Assembly (NCBI GenBank): GCA_031459385.1
Contig: JAVKIP010000006.1
Coordinates: 1 to 64,000 of the forward strand
DNA length: 64,000 nucleotides
Origin: Candidatus Fervidifonticultor secundus
Lineage (GTDB): Bacteria; Sysuimicrobiota; Sysuimicrobiia; Sysuimicrobiales; Humicultoraceae
Reading direction: 5' to 3'
The notes below the pieces were generated by a model. The model made no database searches. It saw only the letters and a list, made by a program, of their open reading frames with translations, and had not been told where the DNA came from. Positions 17,230-29,143 of this stretch are shown here, in pieces (position 1 is the stretch's first letter; each line of letters starts with the position of its first letter). Both the position numbers and the translations under genes were made by a program.

Positions 17230-18186
17230 ATGACCTCCATCACCGATGTGCCCGGCATTCGCGTGGGCCACGAGACCGACCTCGAGGGCCTCACGGGGTG
17301 CACCGTCGTGCTCTGCGAGGCCGGCGCCACCGCCGCGGCGGAGGCGCGCGGCGCGGCCCCGGGCACGCTGGGCCTGTCGGTGCTCCACCCCGGCAATCTC
17401 GTCCAGCAGGTCCACGGCGTGCTGCTCACCGGCGGCAGCGCCTTCGGCCTGGCCGCCGCCGACGGCGTCATGCGCTACCTGGAGGAGCGCAACTGCGGCC
17501 TGGACACGCGCGTGGCCCGCGTCCCCATCGTCTGCGGCGCCGTGATCTTCGACCTGGCGGTCGGCTCCCCGCGCGCGCGGCCCGACGCGGCCATGGGGTA
17601 CCGGGCGTGCCAGCACGCCACGGCCGGTCCCGTCGCGGAAGGCAGCGTGGGCGCCGGGACGGGGGCGACGCTGGGAAAGGTGCTGGGGCCCGCGCACGCC
17701 ATGAAGGGCGGCGTGGGCTCCTGCAGCGTCCGGTTGCACGACGGCGCGGTGGTGGGCGCGCTCGTCGTGGTCAACGCGCTGGGCGACGTGATCGCCGAGG
17801 ACGGAACGATCCTGGCCGGTGCCCGCAGCCCCCAGGGCGGGTTCGCGGACTCGGCGCGCTCCCTCCTCCGCCGCCCGCCCGACGCGGTCTTCGCCACGAA
17901 CACCACCCTGGCGGTGGTCGCGACGTCGGCGGCGCTCAGCAAGGCGCAGTGCTGGCGGCTCGCCGTGCAGGGACACGCGGGGCTGTCACGCGCCATCGCG
18001 CCGTCGCACACGCTGTTCGACGGCGACACGGTCTTCGCGCTGGCGACCGGCGCGCACCCCGCCGGCGATCTCACAAGCCTGGGCGAGGCCGGCGCGCGCG
18101 CAGTCGCCGAGGCCACGCGGCGGGCTGCCCGCGCGGCGCGCGGGCTGGGCGGCGTCCCGGGCTACGCCGACCTGCACTCCGCCTGA
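17230..18186 (+). CDS. P1/S58 (DmpA-like) peptidase family protein
   Basis: SITDVPGIRVGH, TGCTVVL, LTGGSAFGL, EGSVGAGTGAT, KGGVGS, VNALGD, NTTL, HTLFDGDTVF. Confidence 0.9.
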   Translation: MTSITDVPGIRVGHETDLEGLTGCTVVLCEAGATAAAEARGAAPGTLGLSVLHPGNLVQQVHGVLLTGGSAFGLAAADGVMRYLEERNCGLDTRVARVPIVCGAVIFDLAVGSPRARPDAAMGYRACQHATAGPVAEGSVGAGTGATLGKVLGPAHAMKGGVGSCSVRLHDGAVVGALVVVNALGDVIAEDGTILAGARSPQGGFADSARSLLRRPPDAVFATNTTLAVVATSAALSKAQCWRLAVQGHAGLSRAIAPSHTLFDGDTVFALATGAHPAGDLTSLGEAGARAVAEATRRAARAARGLGGVPGYADLHSA

Positions 18187-18261
18187 GGCTGCCCTGCTGG
18201 TGCCGCAGCGGCACGCGGCGTCGGGGCGCGCATGCGGGGCACCGCCGCGAGCGCACCACGG

Positions 18262-18270
18262 TGTTATGAT
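18262..18270 (+). promoter_or_regulatory. Putative extended -10 promoter (TGn TATGAT)
   Basis: tgttatgat about 45 nt upstream of the 18316 start in a very GC-rich background. Confidence 0.45.
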
Positions 18271-18315
18271 ACTCGCAGGCTCTGGCCCCGGCGGACGGGC
18301 TAAGGAGCGTGAGAC

Positions 18316-19116
18316 GTGGACCTGGCGATCTCCACCTTCGCGGCCGTGCGCCGGCCGCTGCAGGAGGCGGCGGCGGACCTGCTGGCCGCGGGCGTCGGTA
18401 TCGAGATCATGTGCGAGCCGCCCCACGCGTGGCCGCCGCCTGTTCCCTGGTCCCACGGGCGTGTCGTCGCGCTGCACACCCCGATCCTGGGCCTGAACAT
18501 CGCCAGCACGAACCCTGGTATCCGCGAGGAGTCGGTAGCGCAGGTGATCGCCACGATCCATGAGGCGGCGCGGCTGGGCGCGCGGGGCGTCGTCGTGCAC
18601 CCCGGCATCCCGCCCTACCAGGAGATCTTCCCCCGCGAGGCCGGGCTGCCGCACGCCGTCGCGTCGCTGTGCCGGTGCGCCGACGCCGCCGCAGCGGCCG
18701 GCATCGACCTCTACCTGGAGAACATGCCGGCGGTCGCGCCGGCCGACGGCGCCCCCCGCATCGGGTTCGCGTTCGGCGTGCGCTACGAGGAACTGCGCGG
18801 CCTGTTCGAGCAGGTGCGCCACCCCGCGCTGCGGTTGTGCCTCGACGTGGCCCACGCCTACCTGGCCGGCCCCGAGGTGCTCCAGGCGCTGCTCGCGGAC
18901 CCGGATGTGGTGCACGTGCACGTCAACGACAACCGCGGCCGACGCGACGACCACCTGGCCTGGGGCGACGGCGAGATCAGCCAGGCGGTCGACCTGCAGC
19001 GCGACCTGCCGCCGTGGGTGCGCACCGTCGTGATGGAAACCGCTACGATCGACGCCGCCCGCCGGTCGCTGGCGCGGGCGGGGCTGGACGCGACGCAAAG
19101 GAGGCCACGCAGATGA
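18316..19116 (+). CDS. Sugar phosphate isomerase/epimerase (xylose isomerase-like TIM barrel)
   Basis: LNIAS.NPGIRE.S, VVHPG, LYLENM, CLDVAHA, HVHVNDN.G..DDHL..GDG; AAGGAG RBS. Confidence 0.85.
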   Translation: MDLAISTFAAVRRPLQEAAADLLAAGVGIEIMCEPPHAWPPPVPWSHGRVVALHTPILGLNIASTNPGIREESVAQVIATIHEAARLGARGVVVHPGIPPYQEIFPREAGLPHAVASLCRCADAAAAAGIDLYLENMPAVAPADGAPRIGFAFGVRYEELRGLFEQVRHPALRLCLDVAHAYLAGPEVLQALLADPDVVHVHVNDNRGRRDDHLAWGDGEISQAVDLQRDLPPWVRTVVMETATIDAARRSLARAGLDATQRRPRR

Positions 19117-20678
19117 CGCGGACCGCACAGGTCGCAGGCGCGGGCCGGACGCCGGCGCGCCGGAGCCTGGGGCCCATCCTGGTGGTGGCCGTGGTGGCCG
19201 CCGCCCTGGCCGGCGGCCCGCCGGTCGGGGCGCAGGCGCCGCGCGACCGCTTCGTCTTCGCGCTCTCGGGGGGGCCCGACACCCTCGATCCGCAGGCCAC
19301 GGCGGCCACGCTGTCGTTCCAGGTCAACAAGAGCCTGTACGACACGCTGGTCGAGCCCGACGACGAGGGGAAGCTGGTCCCGGCCCTGGCCGAATCGTGG
19401 GCGGTGTCGCCCGACGGCCTGACGTGGACGTTCCGGCTCCGCGCCGGCGTGAAGTTCCACCACGGGAAGACGCTCGACGCCAGCGACGTGAAAGCCACGT
19501 TGGAGCGCATCCTCGACCCGGCGACGCGCTCGCCCAAGCGGGGCGACTTCGGCAGCATCCGCAGCGTCGAGGCGCCCGACCCGCTCACGGTGCGCATCAC
19601 GCTGGCCGAGCGCTTCGCCCCGTTCCTGGCCACGCTGGGCCAGGGTTGGGGGGCCATCCTGCCGGCCGACCTCATCGCCCGGCGGCACGACTTCGGGACG
19701 CGGCCGGTGGGCACCGGCCCCTTCATCGTCGCCGAGTGGCAGCGCGACTCGTTCATCCGCCTGCAGCGCTTCGACGGCTACTGGGTGCGGGGGCAGCCGC
19801 GGCTGCGCGAGGTGCTGATCCGCTTCGTCCCCGAGCCCGCGGTGAAAGTGGCGGGGCTGCTCTCGGGCGAGTTCGACGCCATCGACGCCATCGGCCCCCT
19901 GGACCTGCCACGCGTGCGGGCCAACCCCAACGTGCGGGTCATCCGGCAGGTGACCAGCCTGATCAACGTGCTGGCCATCAACAACAGCCGGCCCGCGCTC
20001 CGTGAGGTCCGCGTGCGGCGGGCCCTGTGGCACGCCATCGACCGCCGGCAGGTGCTCCGGACCGCGTACGGCGAGGAGTCCATCGTCTCCAACGTCTTCA
20101 TGGACGTCACGAGCCCGTACTACGTGGACCTGCCGGAGCCGTATCCGTACAACCCCGAGCAGGCGCGCCGCCTGCTGGCCGAGGCGGGGTACGGCGGGGG
20201 CCTGACCCTGGACCTGGCCCTGCCGCAGCCCTACCAGGCCCACATCGAGGCCGGGCAGCTGGTGCAGGGCATGCTGGGGCGCGTGGGCGTGACGGCCCGG
20301 ACGCGGGTCGTCGAGTGGGGCTTCTGGCTGTCGCGGATCTACGCCGGCGGTGACTACGACCTGACCATCATCGGCCATACGGGCAAGCTGGATCCCGACG
20401 GCCGGCTGGCGGGATTCGGGGACCCCGGCCGCGTACCGCCCAACTACGTCCGCTACGACAACCAGCGCGTGGCCGACCTGATCCTGGCCGGGCGCATCAC
20501 CACCAATCCCGACCACCGCAAGCGTATCTACACCGAGGTGCTGAAGAAGATGACCGAGGACGTCATGCTGATCCCCCTGGGCACGCCGGTGCTCTACATG
20601 GGTACGCAGCGCGGGGTGCGCGACTTCCGCCAGCTCTACGCGATCGACACGTTCGACTTCCGGAAGACGACGAAGTGA
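19113..20678 (+). CDS. Peptide/nickel ABC transporter substrate-binding protein (family 5)
   Basis: Signal peptide; TLDPQ, LYDTLV, PALAESW.VSPDGLTWTFRLRAGVKFH, PVGTGPF; ATGA overlap with upstream gene. Confidence 0.9.
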   Translation: MTRTAQVAGAGRTPARRSLGPILVVAVVAAALAGGPPVGAQAPRDRFVFALSGGPDTLDPQATAATLSFQVNKSLYDTLVEPDDEGKLVPALAESWAVSPDGLTWTFRLRAGVKFHHGKTLDASDVKATLERILDPATRSPKRGDFGSIRSVEAPDPLTVRITLAERFAPFLATLGQGWGAILPADLIARRHDFGTRPVGTGPFIVAEWQRDSFIRLQRFDGYWVRGQPRLREVLIRFVPEPAVKVAGLLSGEFDAIDAIGPLDLPRVRANPNVRVIRQVTSLINVLAINNSRPALREVRVRRALWHAIDRRQVLRTAYGEESIVSNVFMDVTSPYYVDLPEPYPYNPEQARRLLAEAGYGGGLTLDLALPQPYQAHIEAGQLVQGMLGRVGVTARTRVVEWGFWLSRIYAGGDYDLTIIGHTGKLDPDGRLAGFGDPGRVPPNYVRYDNQRVADLILAGRITTNPDHRKRIYTEVLKKMTEDVMLIPLGTPVLYMGTQRGVRDFRQLYAIDTFDFRKTTK

Positions 20679-20742
20679 TGCGCCAGACGGCCCGGTACGT
20701 CGGCCGTTCTCCCCTACGTGCCCGCGCGTAGCGCGCGGGGCC

Positions 20743-21684
20743 ATGCCGTTCGTCCTGCGGCGACTGCTGGCGGTGGTGCCCACGGTCCTCGTGGTCGCCA
20801 CCGCCACGTTCCTGGCGCTCCAGGTCATCCCGGGCGATGTGGCCACCATCATGCTGGGCACCGACGCGCGACCCGAGGACGTCACCCGGCTGCGGCGCGA
20901 GCTCGGCCTGGACCGACCCCTGCTGCTGCGCTACCTCGAGTGGCTGGGCCAGCTGGCGCGCGCCGACCTGGGCACGTCCGTCTCGTACCGCGAGCCGGTG
21001 GCACGCCTGGTGGCCCAGCGCCTCCCGGTCACGATCTCGGTGGCGCTGGCGGCCATGGTGGTGGCCCTGGGCGTCGCGCTGCCGCTGGGTATCGCGGCCG
21101 CGCGCCGCGCCTGGTCGGCGCTCGACCTGGCGGCGCTGGCGGGCTCGCAGCTGGGCCTGGCGGTTCCGACGTTCTGGCTGGGGATCCTGCTGCTGCTGGG
21201 CTTCGCGGCGGCGTGGCCCGTCTTCCCGCTGCAGGGGTACGTGGCGCTCGCGCGCGATCCGGCGCAGTGGCTGCGGCACCTGGCGCTGCCGGCCCTGGCG
21301 CTGGGCCTGGAGCGCGCGGCCGCCCTCACGCGCCTGGTGCGGGCCGCAGTGCTGGACGAGTTGCGCCGCGACTACGTGCGCACGGCCCGCAGCAAGGGCC
21401 TGGGTGACGGCGCCGTCTTGCGGCGCCACGTCCTGCGCAACGCGCTGATCCCGGTGCTGACCGTGGCGGGCCTGCAGCTCGGCTTCCTCCTCGGCGGCAC
21501 CATCGTCATCGAGCAGGTCTTCGGCCTGCCGGGCCTGGGCCGGCTGCTGCTGCAGGGGATCTACGCGCGGGACCTGATCATCGTGCAGGGCGTGGTGCTG
21601 GCCATCGCCACGATGTTCGCGCTGCTCAACCTGGCCGTGGACCTGCTCTATGCGGCGGTGGACCCGCGCATCACCTACGACTGA
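20743..21684 (+). CDS. Peptide ABC transporter permease (DppB-like)
   Basis: PGD, LGLDRPL..RY..WL, DYVRTARSKGL, HVLRNALIP, VDPRI. Confidence 0.92.
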   Translation: MPFVLRRLLAVVPTVLVVATATFLALQVIPGDVATIMLGTDARPEDVTRLRRELGLDRPLLLRYLEWLGQLARADLGTSVSYREPVARLVAQRLPVTISVALAAMVVALGVALPLGIAAARRAWSALDLAALAGSQLGLAVPTFWLGILLLLGFAAAWPVFPLQGYVALARDPAQWLRHLALPALALGLERAAALTRLVRAAVLDELRRDYVRTARSKGLGDGAVLRRHVLRNALIPVLTVAGLQLGFLLGGTIVIEQVFGLPGLGRLLLQGIYARDLIIVQGVVLAIATMFALLNLAVDLLYAAVDPRITYD

Positions 21685-21687
21685 CGC

Positions 21688-22578
21688 ATGACGACGCGGC
21701 CATCGTCCCTGCACGTGCTCGTCGCGCCCGACCTCGGGGCGCGGCCGCGCCTCCGGCGCCGCCGCAACCCGCCGCTGCTGGCGGGCGGCGCGCTGGCGCT
21801 CGCGCTGGTGGCGCTGGCGGGGCTCGCCCCCCTGATCGCGCCCTACGATCCCACCGCGCTGGACCCAGCCGGTCGCCTGGCGCCGCCGGGCGGCGCGCAC
21901 CTGCTGGGCACCGACCGCCTGGGCCGCGACGTTGCCAGCCGGCTGCTGCACGGCGGCCGGGTCGCCATGGCCGTGGGCGCTACCGCCGTGCTGATCGGTG
22001 CGGGCGCTGGCGTCCCGCTCGGGCTCGTCTCGGGCTACCGCGGTGGCTGGCTCGACGGCGCGATCATGCGCGTCATGGACGGGCTGGTGGCGTTTCCTGC
22101 GCTGCTGCTGGCCATCATGATGATCGCGGCGCTGGGTCCGGGCCACGTCCAGGCGATGCTCGCCATCGGGATCGTGCTGGTCCCGGTCTTCGCGCGCCTG
22201 AGCCGCGCCCAGGCCCTGGCGGTGCGCCACCAGGAGTACGTGCTGGCGGCGCGCGCACTGGGCGCGCCCGAGCGGCGCATCGTAATGCGCCACGTGCTGC
22301 CCAACATCGCCGGCCCGCTGCTGGTCCAGGGCACCGTGGCGTTCTCCGGGGCGGTGCTGGCCGAGGCGTCCCTGAGCTACCTGGGACTGGGGACGCAGCC
22401 GCCGACGCCGTCGTGGGGCGGCATGCTGCAAGAGGCACGCGACGTGTTCTTCATCGCCTGGTGGATGGCGATCTGGCCGGGGGTAGCCATCGCGGCGGCC
22501 GTGCTGGGCCTGAACCTGCTGGGCGACGGGCTGCGCGACCTGCTGGATCCCAGGCTGCGGGGCGGGCTGGGACGGTAA
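21688..22578 (+). CDS. Peptide ABC transporter permease (DppC-like)
   Basis: HLLGTDRLGRDV.SR, EYVLAARALGA, HVLPN, EASLSYLGLG, NLLGDGLRDLLDPR. Confidence 0.92.
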   Translation: MTTRPSSLHVLVAPDLGARPRLRRRRNPPLLAGGALALALVALAGLAPLIAPYDPTALDPAGRLAPPGGAHLLGTDRLGRDVASRLLHGGRVAMAVGATAVLIGAGAGVPLGLVSGYRGGWLDGAIMRVMDGLVAFPALLLAIMMIAALGPGHVQAMLAIGIVLVPVFARLSRAQALAVRHQEYVLAARALGAPERRIVMRHVLPNIAGPLLVQGTVAFSGAVLAEASLSYLGLGTQPPTPSWGGMLQEARDVFFIAWWMAIWPGVAIAAAVLGLNLLGDGLRDLLDPRLRGGLGR

Positions 22579-22603
22579 GCGCTCGCGACGCCGGGGAGGT
22601 AGA

Positions 22604-23857
22604 GTGATCGACCAGGCACGCCTGCACGATCTGGCCGCGCGCGCCGCCGCGGCCGTCGATCCGGACGACGTCGTCGGGCTGACATGCGCCCTTGTGCGCA
22701 TTCCCAGCGTGGTGCGGCCCGCCAACCCGCAGGCGACGGAAGCGGCGGTGGCCGCGTACCTGGCCGACGCCCTCCGCGCGCGGGGCCTGGCCGTGTCGAT
22801 CCAGGAGGTCGCCCCCGGCCGACCCAACATCCTCGCCGACTGGGAAACCGGCCGGCCCGGCCGCGGGGTGATCCTCGAGGGGCACACCGACGTCGTCACC
22901 GAGGGCGACCCCGCCGCCTGGACCTACCCGCCCTTTGACGCGGTGGTGGCCGACGGCCGCATCTACGGCCGGGGAGCCTGCGACATGAAGGGCGGGCTCG
23001 CAGCGGCCGTCGTGGCCCTCGACGCGGTGCGCCGCGCCGCGCCAGAGCTGCCGGGGCGGGTGCGCCTGGCCGCGCTCGTCGACGAAGAAGGCCTGATGCT
23101 GGGCGTGAAGACGTTCGTGCGCGCCGGCGGCTGCCGCGGCTTCGACGCCGCGGTGGTGTGCGAGCCCGAGGAGAACGAGATCTGCCTCCACCAGAAGGGC
23201 GCCATGCGCGTGCGGGCCACGTTCACCGGGAAGATGGCCCACGGCGCCATGCCGTACGCCGGCGCGAACCCGATCCCCTGGGCGGCGCAGTTCGTGCTGG
23301 GCCTGGGCGACCTGGAACGTGGGGAGCAGGCCCGCCACGGCCGCCACCGCTTCCTGGGGCTGCCACACCTGACGCCGACGACCGTGCGCGCGCCGGTGCA
23401 CGGCGAGCCGCAGTTCAACGTCATGGCTGGCGAGGCGCAGATCACGGTCGACGTGCGCACCATCCCGGGGCAGGATCACGCCGCGCTGCTGGCCGCCATG
23501 GAGGCGCTGGCCGGCCGGATCCGCGACGGGGATCCGCGCGCGGCAGTCCATCTCGATCTGGTCGACGACCGGCCGTGGACCGAGACGCCGGCGGCGGCGC
23601 CCATCGTGCGGGCCGTGGAGCGGGCCTGCCTGGTGGCGCTCGGCCGGCCGCCGCGCTACGGCGGGGTCCCGGGTGCCACCGACGGCACCTTCCTGCACGC
23701 GTGGGGCGGCCTTTCGGTCGTGACCATCGGGCCGGGCAAGCGCGAGGTGCCCCACCAGGTCAACGAGTACGTGGAGATCGAGGAACTGGTGGCGGCTGCC
23801 CGCCTCTACGCCGCGGCGGTCGTCTGCTACCTGGGAGCGGCCGCAGCCGGGGTGTGA
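22604..23857 (+). CDS. M20 family metallopeptidase (ArgE/DapE-like deacylase)
   Basis: EGHTDVV, YGRGACDMKGG, DEE, CEP, AHG, ATD, HQVNEYV. Confidence 0.9.
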   Translation: MIDQARLHDLAARAAAAVDPDDVVGLTCALVRIPSVVRPANPQATEAAVAAYLADALRARGLAVSIQEVAPGRPNILADWETGRPGRGVILEGHTDVVTEGDPAAWTYPPFDAVVADGRIYGRGACDMKGGLAAAVVALDAVRRAAPELPGRVRLAALVDEEGLMLGVKTFVRAGGCRGFDAAVVCEPEENEICLHQKGAMRVRATFTGKMAHGAMPYAGANPIPWAAQFVLGLGDLERGEQARHGRHRFLGLPHLTPTTVRAPVHGEPQFNVMAGEAQITVDVRTIPGQDHAALLAAMEALAGRIRDGDPRAAVHLDLVDDRPWTETPAAAPIVRAVERACLVALGRPPRYGGVPGATDGTFLHAWGGLSVVTIGPGKREVPHQVNEYVEIEELVAAARLYAAAVVCYLGAAAAGV

Positions 23858-23911
23858 CGTCGCGGCGCGCCCGGAGCGCATTCCGGGCGCCCGATACGAG
23901 GAGGGAGATCC

Positions 23912-24703
23912 GTGGACTACCGGCAGTTGTTCCGGCTGGACGATCGGGTGGCGCTGGTCGCGGGCGGGGCCTCGGGTATCGGCGCCGCGGCCGCGCAGGC
24001 GCTCGCAGCGCACGGCGCCCGCGTGGTGGTCGCCGACCTCAACGTCGACGGCGCGCGGGCCGTGGCCGGCGCGATCCAGCACGACGGCGGGCGCGCTGAG
24101 GTCGAGCCCGTGGACGTCACCGACCCGGCCAGCGCCGCGGGCGTGGTGGCGCGCGCGGCCGGGCGATGGGGCGCGCTCGACGTGCTCGTGGTGACGCCCG
24201 GCATCAACATCCGCAAGCCGCTGCTGCAGTACTCCGACGACGAGTTCGACCGGGTCGTGCTGGTGAACCTGAAGGGCAACTTCCGCCTGATGCAAGCCGC
24301 CGGCGCCGTCATGGCCCCGCGCGGCCGCGGCAGCATCATCGTCCTCTCGTCGATCCGCGCCCTGGTCGTCGAGCCCGGCCAGGGGGTCTACGCGGCGACG
24401 AAAGCCGGCCTGCTGCAGCTGGTGCGCACGCTGGCGGCCGAGCTCGGCCCCCAGGGCGTGCGCGTGAACGCCGTGGCGCCGGGCGTGGTCGAGACCCCGC
24501 TGACGCGGCCGATCCAGGACCACCCCGACTGGTACCGGGCCTATGCGGCCAAGCCGGCGCTGGGCAGGTGGGCGAGCCCGGACGAGATCGCCGGGCCGAT
24601 CGTCTTCCTGGCCTCCGAGGCTGCCAGCTACGTGACGGGCTCGCTGCTGCTGGTCGACGGCGGCTGGACGGCGGTGGACGGCCGGTTCACGCCGCCCCTG
24701 TGA
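23912..24703 (+). CDS. SDR family NAD(P)-dependent oxidoreductase
   Basis: GGASGIG, YAATK, VRVNAVAPG, VDGGWT; GGAGGGAG RBS. Confidence 0.9.
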   Translation: MDYRQLFRLDDRVALVAGGASGIGAAAAQALAAHGARVVVADLNVDGARAVAGAIQHDGGRAEVEPVDVTDPASAAGVVARAAGRWGALDVLVVTPGINIRKPLLQYSDDEFDRVVLVNLKGNFRLMQAAGAVMAPRGRGSIIVLSSIRALVVEPGQGVYAATKAGLLQLVRTLAAELGPQGVRVNAVAPGVVETPLTRPIQDHPDWYRAYAAKPALGRWASPDEIAGPIVFLASEAASYVTGSLLLVDGGWTAVDGRFTPPL

Positions 24704-25761
24704 CCACGGAACGCGCCGGCGCGGCGACCGGGCCCGAGACGGCTGCGGCGGGGCGCGTGGCCGAGGCGCCTGATGCGTCGCGCGCCGGCGGGCTCGCGCG
24801 CGATGCGTTCGACGCCAGCGTCATCATCTCGACCTACAACTGCCGGCAGGAGCTCGGCGACATGCTGGCCGACCTGGCCGCGCAGGAGGGCGCGTTCGAG
24901 GTCCTGCTGGTCGACGACGGCTCCACCGACGGCACGGCCGAGATGCTCGAGACGCTGGTCTTCCCGCGGCCGCTGCGCATCTTCCGTCAGTCCAACCTGG
25001 GGCTGTGTATCGCGCGCAACCGCGCCGCGCACGAGGCCCGCGGCCGCGTGCTGCTCTTCCTCGACCCCGACCTGCGCCTGGCGTCGGGGCTGGTGGCTGC
25101 CCACCTCCGGCACCACCGGGAGCAGCCGCGCCTGGCGGTCCAGGGCCCTACGATCCAGGACCCCGCCACCCTGCGGACGACCTTCATGCGCGCCCGCTAC
25201 CTGCTCCCCGCACTGCCGCCGCGCCGCCGCCAGGACATCTCCCACGCGTACGTGGCGGCGCGCAACTTCTCGGTGGCCCGCGACGCTTTCATCGACGTCG
25301 GCGGCTTCGACGAGACGTTCCGCGGCTACGGCTTCGACGACATCGACCTGGCTTACCGCCTGCGCCAGGCGGGGGTGCGCATCGTCTACGAGCCCGCGGC
25401 CGTGGTTCGCCACGTCCACGTACTCGACCTGGCCGGCGTGATGCGCCGGCAGCGCGAGGCCGGATGGAACGCCGTCCACCTCTGGCGCAAGCACGGGCGG
25501 CCGCACAACCTGGCGCTGCTGGCCGAAATCCACCCGCTGCTGCTCCCGCTCAAGTGGCTGGTGTACCGCACGGGGGTGGTGACGCGGCTGGTGCGCACCG
25601 TGCTGACGTGGGCAGAGCGGCACGCCCTCCTCCCCCTGTGCAGCGAGTGCTACAACCACCTGATCTGGCGCGCGTACTACGAAGGCGTCGCCGCGGGGCT
25701 GCGCGCCGGGCGCGGGCCGGATCGGGGCGGTTCCGGCTTCTCGGACTCCGGCAAACTTTGA
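24700..25761 (+). CDS. Glycosyltransferase family 2
   Basis: SVIISTYN, VDDGSTD, ARNRA, LFLDPD, GGFDETF.GYG.DD.DL.YRL; GTGA overlap start. Confidence 0.85.
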   Translation: MTTERAGAATGPETAAAGRVAEAPDASRAGGLARDAFDASVIISTYNCRQELGDMLADLAAQEGAFEVLLVDDGSTDGTAEMLETLVFPRPLRIFRQSNLGLCIARNRAAHEARGRVLLFLDPDLRLASGLVAAHLRHHREQPRLAVQGPTIQDPATLRTTFMRARYLLPALPPRRRQDISHAYVAARNFSVARDAFIDVGGFDETFRGYGFDDIDLAYRLRQAGVRIVYEPAAVVRHVHVLDLAGVMRRQREAGWNAVHLWRKHGRPHNLALLAEIHPLLLPLKWLVYRTGVVTRLVRTVLTWAERHALLPLCSECYNHLIWRAYYEGVAAGLRAGRGPDRGGSGFSDSGKL

Positions 25762-25764
25762 TGC

Positions 25765-26166
25765 CTACCCTCCTGCGGCGTCGCGGACGGTCGCAATCGC
25801 CTCAACCTCCACCATCCACTCCGGCCGGGCCAGGCTGCTCACCACCACCGCCGTGCTCGCCGGGTAGAAACCCAGCGGGCCGAAGACCCGCTTGCGGATC
25901 TCGCGGACCATGGCCAAGTACTCCAGGCGGGTGACGAAGATCGTGAGCTTGACGACCTGGTCGAGGCTCGAGCCCCCGGTCTCGAGCATGCGGCGCAGGT
26001 TGGCGAAGACCTGGCCGGTCTGCGCCCAGATGTCGTCGCGGCCGACCAGGTTGCCCTGCTCGTCCATCGCCACCTGGCCCGAGATGAAGAGGAAGCCGCC
26101 CACCCGGGCGGCCTGCGAGTAGCCCAGCGTCTCGTTCACCTCGAACACGGTCGGCATCAGCGTCAT
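25765..26166 (-). CDS. RidA/YjgF family protein
   Basis: GYSQA, FISGQV, VVKLTIF, PAST.V.V..L..P...VEVEA. Confidence 0.9.
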   Translation of the reverse strand: MTLMPTVFEVNETLGYSQAARVGGFLFISGQVAMDEQGNLVGRDDIWAQTGQVFANLRRMLETGGSSLDQVVKLTIFVTRLEYLAMVREIRKRVFGPLGFYPASTAVVVSSLARPEWMVEVEAIATVRDAAGG

Positions 26167-27004
26167 CCTCCTCCCTGATCGTGTGGGATGGACCGGGGTG
26201 GCATCCCTCTTCTTGGTCCTGCACCCGGTACCTCGACAGCCTGGTCGACCGACCAGGCGGGTGTGGGGAAAGGCGCATCAGCCGGCGGAGAACCGGCGAG
26301 GACGAACACCGCCACCTCTACCGGGCCGTGCGCGCCCTGCACCGGGACCAGGCCGATGTCCGCGCTGCGGCTGGGCCCGGTGATGAACGTGAGCGCCGAG
26401 GGCAACGGCGCGGGCACCCCGGCACCGGCCCCCGCTGGCGCCGCGGCGGGCCCGGCGCCGGCCCCCGGCCCGGCTGCAAGCCGCTCGAACAGCGCGGGCA
26501 GGTCCGGCAGGATGCGGTCGGCCCGCAGCACCGCCACGTGCAGCGGCGGCAGGAGCGAGAACAGCCGCGGCCGCCGCGCGTCGGCAGGCAGCACGAGCGA
26601 GGCGCTCTCGGCGATGCCCCAGGCCGCGCCGGTGAGCCCGGCGTCGGCCTGCGCCACCACCTCGACCGGCGCACCGGGCGCCATCGTCTCGAGGCCGCCG
26701 GCGGCCAAGTGCGCGGCGATGGGCGCGACCTCGGGGTCGTCCCAGGCGACGATGCGTCGGGCCTGGCGGGCGGCGAGCCAGACCACCGCCCGCGCCGTCG
26801 CCTCCTCCGCCGACGCGCACACCTCGACGGTGGCGGCCACAGCGCGGCCGCGCTCGACAAACAGGGCCACGGGGTCAGCGCAGGATTGCGCCCGGGGCAG
26901 CGCGGGGAGTGCGGCAGCCGGTGCGGGCCCGGGCGCGCCGTGCGCCGCGGTGGGCTGCGCCGCGTGCAGCGCCGCCCGCACGCGCCCCAGGACGATCTCG
27001 CGGC

Positions 27005-27008
<4 letters not shown>
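26163..27008 (-). CDS. lutC: Lactate utilization protein C (LUD domain)
   Basis: MSREIVL.RVR.AL, SLLPPLHVAV, FITGPSRSADI...VQGAHGP; ATGA-coupled to lutB. Confidence 0.85.
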
Positions 27009-28410
<1,402 letters not shown>

Positions 28411-28414
<4 letters not shown>

Positions 28415-29133
28415 GGCGCCGCCAGGATCTCCGCCAGGTGCACCGCGCGGGCGCGGCTGCCCCGGCGCTGCAGCCCGCCTGCCAGGTGCATCAGGCACGA
28501 CGCGTCGGTGGCGGTGACGACGTCGGCGCCGCTGGCCTCCACCGCGTCGAGCTTGCTCGCCAGCATCGCCCCCGAGACCGGCGCGAACGTCACCGCGAAG
28601 AGCCCGCCGAACCCGCAGCACTCCTCGGCCCGCGGCAGCTCCACCAGGCGCAGGCCCCGGACCGCCCGCAGCAGTCGCAGCGGCTCCTCGCGCAGCCCGA
28701 GCCCCCGCAGCCCGTGGCACGACGGGTGGTAGGCGACCGCGGCGTCGAAGCGCGCCCCCAGGTCGGTGCGCCCCAGCACGCGCACGAGGAACTCGCTGAG
28801 CTCATAGGTGCGACGCGCCGCCTCGGCTGCGCGGCCTGCCCGCGCCGGGTCGTCACGGAACAGCCGGGGATACCACTCGCGCACCATCGCCGCGCACGAC
28901 CCCGACGGCGCCACGATCGCCGGCGCGTCCGCGAACACGTCCAGGAAGCGCGCGGCCAGCGCCCGCGCCTCGTCCCAGAAGCCGTCGTTGAACGTGGCCT
29001 GGCCGCAGCAGGTCTGCGCGGCCGGGAACGTCACCGCGCAGCCCGCGCGCTCCAGCACCCGCACCGCGGCCTCGCCGATCTGCGGAAAGAGCTGGTCGAC
29101 GAGGCAGGTGACGAAGAGCGCGACGGGTTCCAC
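28411..29133 (-). CDS. lutA: Lactate utilization protein A (CCG domains)
   Basis: LFVTCLVD, QTCCGQ, PSGSC, YHPSCH, ECCGFGG.F, DASCLMH. Confidence 0.93.
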
Positions 29134-29143
29134 GCCGCCTGGC